A stretch of 64,000 nt of DNA. Source: Massalongia carnosa (Eukaryota). Under the pieces are notes generated by a model. That model ran no database searches. It had not been told where the DNA came from and worked only from the letters and a program-made list of their open reading frames with translations. This document shows, one piece after another, positions 58,765-64,000 of this stretch. The first letter of the stretch is position 1; every line of letters starts with the position of its first letter. Location of the stretch: contig OZ287080.1 in NCBI GenBank assembly GCA_965645245.1, positions 1,116,001 to 1,180,000 of the forward strand. The letters run 5' to 3'. The translations under genes and the position numbers were made by a program.

Positions 58765-60942
58765 ATGGACGATCCTATAGCGTCGATAACTCGCGAGCAG
58801 GTGACGACCGTGATTTTAAGTAAATTCGGCTTTTATCCAAAGAATGAGCAAGTTGACGCTATCATGACTTTAGCACAAGATCAAAAGGATCTGATATTTA
58901 TCGCCAAGACTGGATTTGGAAAGAGTATTATCTTTCAAGCTATGCCATTAATGTTCTCTTGTCTTAAGATCGCTTTAATTATCATGCCTCTCAAGACCTT
59001 AGAAGCTCAACAGTGCAAGAAATTGAGCGTTATCGAGGGATGCAAGCCTTTCGTGTTGGACGGTGATAGTAATAATTCTTCTAATTTAAAGTTAATTCGT
59101 GAAAACAATTATACGCATGGTGTATATTCAAATTATGATTGAGATAAATATAAAAACTTACTCGTTAATATGAATAGTTTTTACTAGCCCAGAGATAGCG
59201 ACGTCAAAGCTGTTTAATCAGGAGGTTCTGAGGCATCCAAGTTTCTTCTTGAATTTATGTCTTTTAGCTCTTGATGAGATGCATCTTGTATCCGAATGGC
59301 GAGATTTCCGGCCCGAATACTTCAATCTCGGTGTGCTTCGTACACGATTACCAGATGGTATTCCTTTTCTGGGTGCGTCTGCAACGCTGGATCCAAGAAC
59401 CCTAGAGAGCGTTAAAGATCGCTGTGGCTTTGATAACGAAAGTACTGTTATTCAAACAGCGCTTGATCGTCCAGAGATATACATACAGACAAGCAGTCTA
59501 CAGCGGCCTATGAACAGCATGATCGATCTTCAACATCTTTTACCAACACGGGCTGAGAGTCCTTTTGATATTCCGAAAACGATTATCTTCATGGATTTTC
59601 AATTTCATCTATCAAAAAGGCGTGTGCGCTAATGAAAGTATGGATGAATCAATTGTCCTATCCAATTGAGGCTGCTAGTTGGGTCGCGCCTTTCTTTTCC
59701 GACATGGCCACCCAAGACAAAGAAAGGATTGCGGCTCGCTTCGAAATGCCCTCGAATCAATGTAAATTTCCTCGAATCCTGATCGCAACGGATGCATACG
59801 GGCTTGGTATTGATAATCCAGACGTTATGAGAGTTACGCAATGGCTGCTACCCTCGTCAATGGCGAAGCTATACCAACGTTTAGGTCGTGCTTTGCGTTG
59901 CGGTCGAGGACAGGCGCATTTTACTCTTTTGCATCCTTCTTGGTGCATGGGTCCAAGAAGCGGATCAAAAATGGACGAACAGGACGGATATGACGCGGGA
60001 ATCGAGATTGAATCCAAGGCCAGTAAACGCCGCATCAATCAAAAGGATGCTGATCGGCGACGAGATATGCCACCGGGTCTTTGGGAGATAATCAATGTGC
60101 CTTCAGATGGTTGCGTTCGAGGTATTGGCTTGAATTTCTTCAATGATAAAGTGTATCCAACGTCGGCCTATGTTAAGCCGCAACCTTGCTGTTCAATTTG
60201 CGATCCAAGTTTTCAGACATCAACAGCCGCCAATGAGATGTTAAATAGAACGGCCGAGCGTGACTCGTCTAGGCGGCCTTGGTTCACCCTTAAACTTCGA
60301 GAATGGAGGGAGGCCAAGGCGCAGGAAAAGTTCCCAAATTCACATATGCGATACTTCCCATCATTGATAATGCCCGATGAGGTACTGAATTCTTTGACCA
60401 CTTGGGCGGATCAGATTGTGGACGAGCCCACCATGCGGCGATGGATTGGTAACACATGGACTGGTATTAGGCCCTACGGCGCCGAGCTTTTAGAAATTTT
60501 AAAGCGGGGTCAAGCAATGAGATTAGATGAGGGAGACATGTTCGAGGAATGGAAACGACACAACGACATAAAGAGAAAACGATTACCCAGCCTAACATGC
60601 AACTCCGCCAGTATTGAATTTGAGGAACGGAGGAAAAACTGGATGATCAAACAAGGATATATGTCGAGAAAGGTTTTTAAAAAGCGAAATGCGGTCAAGA
60701 AGAAAGTCTCGAAGGAAAGCGAGAGCACGGAGCCATCGGGCGAGAATCCTGCGCCTAATCACAATATCTCCGATGCGGCGCTCGTTGTTGACAATGTTGA
60801 TGCTCTTAAATCATCGATGAAGGCATCAAAGACCAAAAAAGCGCCTCGAGATCCTATGGAAGCGTTGTCGCTGAATGTACCCATGGCCCTTCCTCCGACA
60901 CGATCTAGACAAGAAAGAAAGTGCCCCGTCCGCTACCTCTGA
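58765..60942 (+). CDS. RecQ-like superfamily 2 helicase; intron 59120-59177; one frameshift near 59595
   Basis: AKTGFGKS (Walker A), VFTSPE, DEMH (Walker B), FRPEY, SATL, ATDAYGLGID, QRLGRALR, Cys cluster (CVR...CCSIC) and HRDC-like LREWR region. Confidence 0.88.
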
Positions 60943-61001
60943 CTCTGTAAAGCCGCGCGGCGCGGATTTACATGACTAGGCTATCTCGTGGTATCGATGA
61001 T

Positions 61002-63680
61002 TTAATCAAAAAACATACCGCCGGATATCTCGAGACGGGCCATTGAAATGACAGGGCTGTCGGGGACCTGCTTTGTTTCATTGACAAAATCGGGCTCGGC
61101 TTCATACTTACCCTCAAGGTCGTCTGTTGAAATTTCTTTTGAAATTTCTTCGGAAAGATACTGCTGATTGTATTTTAATACATTTTCTCCAAGTTTCTTC
61201 AATCCCTCAACATAAAGATTAGCTGTTGGATTAGTTGAAAATCGATCATAGCTTCTTTTACAGAGTGAATTATGCGCTAGTGCCGTAGCCATGCCCCACA
61301 CATCCTCTGCGGCCGATTTTGCTGGATGCCTTGAAGAGTTGACTCTTCCAAAGTAAAACTCAACGATTTCTTTGAGCTTCATAAGATATGGACCGTTGAG
61401 TGCCCAGTTCTCGAGCAAGGTGTCACTATACTTTGAAAAATAAGATCGCTCGTGCTGGAACGTCTTGAGGTTATTGTTTAGTATCTCTAAAAGCCGATCA
61501 GTCTCAAAACTCGACTCTTCGTCACCGCGTAAATTGACAAGACTATTCATTAAAATACTTTCCTGTAGCCTTATGGTCGCTGCGGAAGAATCAATCGCAT
61601 GAAGGGTGTATAGAAGAGCTTGCGCATATTTCGGGGTGCCAGCTACGCTTGCCTGAAAGATCACCGTTGCGTGGCGCAATGCGTGACGAAGTAGTCCAAT
61701 ATCCGCATATTTGATTGCGTATCGAAGTGTTAGATACGATTCAACGTGATCACAGAAGTTCTGATGATTCTGAAATTGTTGATCAAGCGTTGGAGGAAGC
61801 ATATCTATTGACGTTGAGGGTAATTCCGCGTGAAGTTTGCGAGATATCCTGCCCAACATATTCATCCAGGTGCCATCCTGCCCGCAAGTCTGCGCTGTGA
61901 GCCACGAAATAGTTGCTTCGATTCGCTGCGGAGCATATCCATCCTTTCGTAAAAACCTAATCCACGTCCCAACGATTCTAGCTTGATAGCTCTGAATGAT
62001 CAGATCCTCTAAGGCCTGGAAATCGTTCGGCTGCACGACACGAGCGCGGCCCCACCGATCGGCGGCATATTGAAGAGTCGAAGGATCAACCGGCTGGGCC
62101 TCTCCCCAATGTATTTTATGAATAAGCTGCAGCATGTTAAAGCGAAGATGCCATAACCCTAATCCCGGTAAAATCCAGTCGAACCGATCGAAAGATTGCT
62201 CCGATATCCCACGACGTAATTCCTTGACAGATTGCATTCTCGACCATGTCTTGAGGTCACCATAGATAAGCCGAATGACGCTCGCAAACGTCGAGTCATC
62301 CTCCTTGAACTTGAACTGTCGCACAAATATATCCTCCAATATTTGAATATTATTAGATGTTGTGCTCTCATCCTTCATGACTGGTTTGATAGGAATGTAA
62401 TTGGTCTTGTATTTTTTCATCTTATTCAGCACGGGCATTGCAGTCGACCAAGGAAGTTGAACGTCGCCGATCTCTGGGCCATAAAGCGCTCGAATCGCTG
62501 ACTCTAGATGATGAAGACGAATCTCGGTACGCGGTGCATTAGCGATTGAGCGCGGTATATACACCTCGTCCTGTATTGAACTCACCTGCATCTCGAGATC
62601 ACCAGTCTCCAGCTTTCGCGCAATTCTTTCAGCTGATAAAAGATGCGTGGCGGGGCGCCACATATCCTGCCTCAAAGCGCCGGCATCGAATCCTTGCCCC
62701 TGGAAAATTAGAGCGGTAGTGATTGATCTGACGTCTCTATTATCCCCCGTGCGCTCTCCTCGTTTACCTTCTGCGAAGTCAAAGTTATCGTATGTCAAGA
62801 TCATGTTTGAGCCTTGTCCTAGCATCTGAACCTTTCGTTCGGCCTCCTTAATCAAGGACAACATGCGCCGCTGCAGGGTAGTATATGACATCGTCAGGTC
62901 AAAATGACAGAGTGTATCTAGAACTCGCCGCCTCGCCCCACCTTGATAAATATAAAGGCCTAAGACGGACTGAATATTGGTCGCCTTATTTGGTCGCAAT
63001 TTGTGACAAAGCATTGCCAATATAACGGTGTGCCGGCCGCTGGGAGAATCCAACGTCACATCGAGAGGTTCCTGCGGGCGAGCCTCGCGACAAACACTAT
63101 CAATTAGCTCAAGCCATCGTGGCGCCAACTGCTTGGCGGCAGATGCAGCAAGTTTAATAGCCTCCAAGGTCCCAAACTCGACTGTCGCAGAGGGCGGCTG
63201 GAAAGGGCCAAAGGCTGCGTGATCTGCCAAAGCTTTGATTTCTTCACGAAGCACATCCGCGGCCCAAACCCATCCTCTCTCGCGAAGGATAGTGGATATT
63301 CTACCAGGCCCAATGAGGCTTGAAAAGTCTTCTTGCCGCACAATATCGACATAGACAAAATCGAAGAGCTGGCCTTGCGCCTTTCGCATACTATGACGGG
63401 CTCGATTCTTACAAAGTGTTGATAAAAAATCTTTTACCGACCAATTTAGAGAGCTCAGAAATTTAAGCACCTCAACCAGCTTGTCGTAATCTGATATGCG
63501 CCGGCGGTGGCGTTTCGCGCCTCCATTTTTTTCAGGTAAGGCAGGAGGGGAGGAGGAAGAGGGTGAGCTATCATTACTGCCTGACAGCGATGGGTGGGGC
63601 CGCTTGAGCGCACCGGCGGGAGTCAAGGGACTTGTCCGTAGGTCGGTAAGTGGCGAGGAGGGGCCCCCGACAAGAGCCAT
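61002..63680 (-). CDS. Putative transposase of the AcademH-like element (892-aa ORF including a probable 63-nt in-frame intron)
   Basis: Open ORF inside the TIR element; candidate catalytic motifs TYDNFD, YGDLKT, GLWH and ETDRLLE conserved with copy 1. Resemblance to DUF6589-type fungal proteins is from recall. Confidence 0.8.
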   Translation of the reverse strand: MALVGGPSSPLTDLRTSPLTPAGALKRPHPSLSGSNDSSPSSSSPPALPEKNGGAKRHRRRISDYDKLVEVLKFLSSLNWSVKDFLSTLCKNRARHSMRKAQGQLFDFVYVDIVRQEDFSSLIGPGRISTILRERGWVWAADVLREEIKALADHAAFGPFQPPSATVEFGTLEAIKLAASAAKQLAPRWLELIDSVCREARPQEPLDVTLDSPSGRHTVILAMLCHKLRPNKATNIQSVLGLYIYQGGARRRVLDTLCHFDLTMSYTTLQRRMLSLIKEAERKVQMLGQGSNMILTYDNFDFAEGKRGERTGDNRDVRSITTALIFQGQGFDAGALRQDMWRPATHLLSAERIARKLETGDLEMQVSSIQDEVYIPRSIANAPRTEIRLHHLESAIRALYGPEIGDVQLPWSTAMPVLNKMKKYKTNYIPIKPVMKDESTTSNNIQILEDIFVRQFKFKEDDSTFASVIRLIYGDLKTWSRMQSVKELRRGISEQSFDRFDWILPGLGLWHLRFNMLQLIHKIHWGEAQPVDPSTLQYAADRWGRARVVQPNDFQALEDLIIQSYQARIVGTWIRFLRKDGYAPQRIEATISWLTAQTCGQDGTWMNMLGRISRKLHAELPSTSIDMLPPTLDQQFQNHQNFCDHVESYLTLRYAIKYADIGLLRHALRHATVIFQASVAGTPKYAQALLYTLHAIDSSAATIRLQESILMNSLVNLRGDEESSFETDRLLEILNNNLKTFQHERSYFSKYSDTLLENWALNGPYLMKLKEIVEFYFGRVNSSRHPAKSAAEDVWGMATALAHNSLCKRSYDRFSTNPTANLYVEGLKKLGENVLKYNQQYLSEEISKEISTDDLEGKYEAEPDFVNETKQVPDSPVISMARLEISGGMFFD

Positions 63681-64000
63681 GGCTTTCGTCAGATAGCTTC
63701 AATCTAGATAAATCATACAATACCATTGATTGGCCGTCGTTATTCATATCATCATGATCTTTGTAACTCAATGTAATCGCGCCACATGAAAATAATCAGT
63801 TCATCAACCTCAAAATTGAGCGAAAGCGAACAATTTATCACTTAATCGACTTTCACATCGCTTTTCTTAGCCTGACAGTAGTTATAACACATGATTATCG
63901 AGTCATCCATCTTGAGAGGTGCGTTTTTGGTATAAAATACAGTCTCTGGTAAACTAATACGACCCTAATCATTGTATTAAATCCATAAAAGGAATGGTTG

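Larger units (their letters stand above)
58151..64000. mobile_element. AcademH-like DNA transposon, copy 2 (right end outside the window)
   Basis: Left TIR TTGCCTCAGTACCTCAGACGTGC, subterminal CTAAGCCCCTTCGGGTTAG repeats, convergent helicase and transposase-like genes. Confidence 0.87.

Noticed and set aside
58765..60942. Host SGS1 or telomere-linked RecQ helicase
   Set aside because: It lies inside the TIR element next to the transposase in both copies, lacks the long Sgs1 N-terminus, and no telomeric array is present.
1..64000. tRNA, rRNA or CRISPR arrays
   Set aside because: None recognised by eye; repeated hairpins are TE subterminal motifs without repeat-spacer periodicity.

Overview
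Fungal genomic DNA. Short spliceosomal introns with CTRAC/CTAAC-type branch points and the gene content suggest a filamentous ascomycete (inference). About half the window is transposon-derived, and many elements are young: an internally deleted pogo/Tc1-type element, an intact Copia with LTRs identical by eye, two MULE-like derivatives, two near-identical inverted piggyBac-like copies without TTAA ends, an intact hAT, a complete Ngaro-type tyrosine-recombinase retroelement, and a 242-bp CAC...GTG MITE. Host genes are LEU4, a peroxisomal acyl-CoA thioesterase, a thaumatin-like protein, a membrane protein, RPS5, a PAC4-like chaperone, a carnosine N-methyltransferase-like protein and an Hsp70-like protein. 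The most unusual system is a DNA transposon family with TTGCCTCAGTACCTCAGAC termini and 8-bp TSDs, present three times. It encodes a RecQ-like helicase convergent with a ~870-aa transposase-like protein (AcademH-like architecture). One copy also carries a 2OG-Fe(II) dioxygenase-like cargo gene and the tail of a possible fourth gene. A conserved GC hairpin (AAAGCCGCGC-N-GCGCGGATT) lies just downstream of the element's gene 3' ends, and the family is reciprocally nested with one hAT family. All calls are by eye; no database searches were run.
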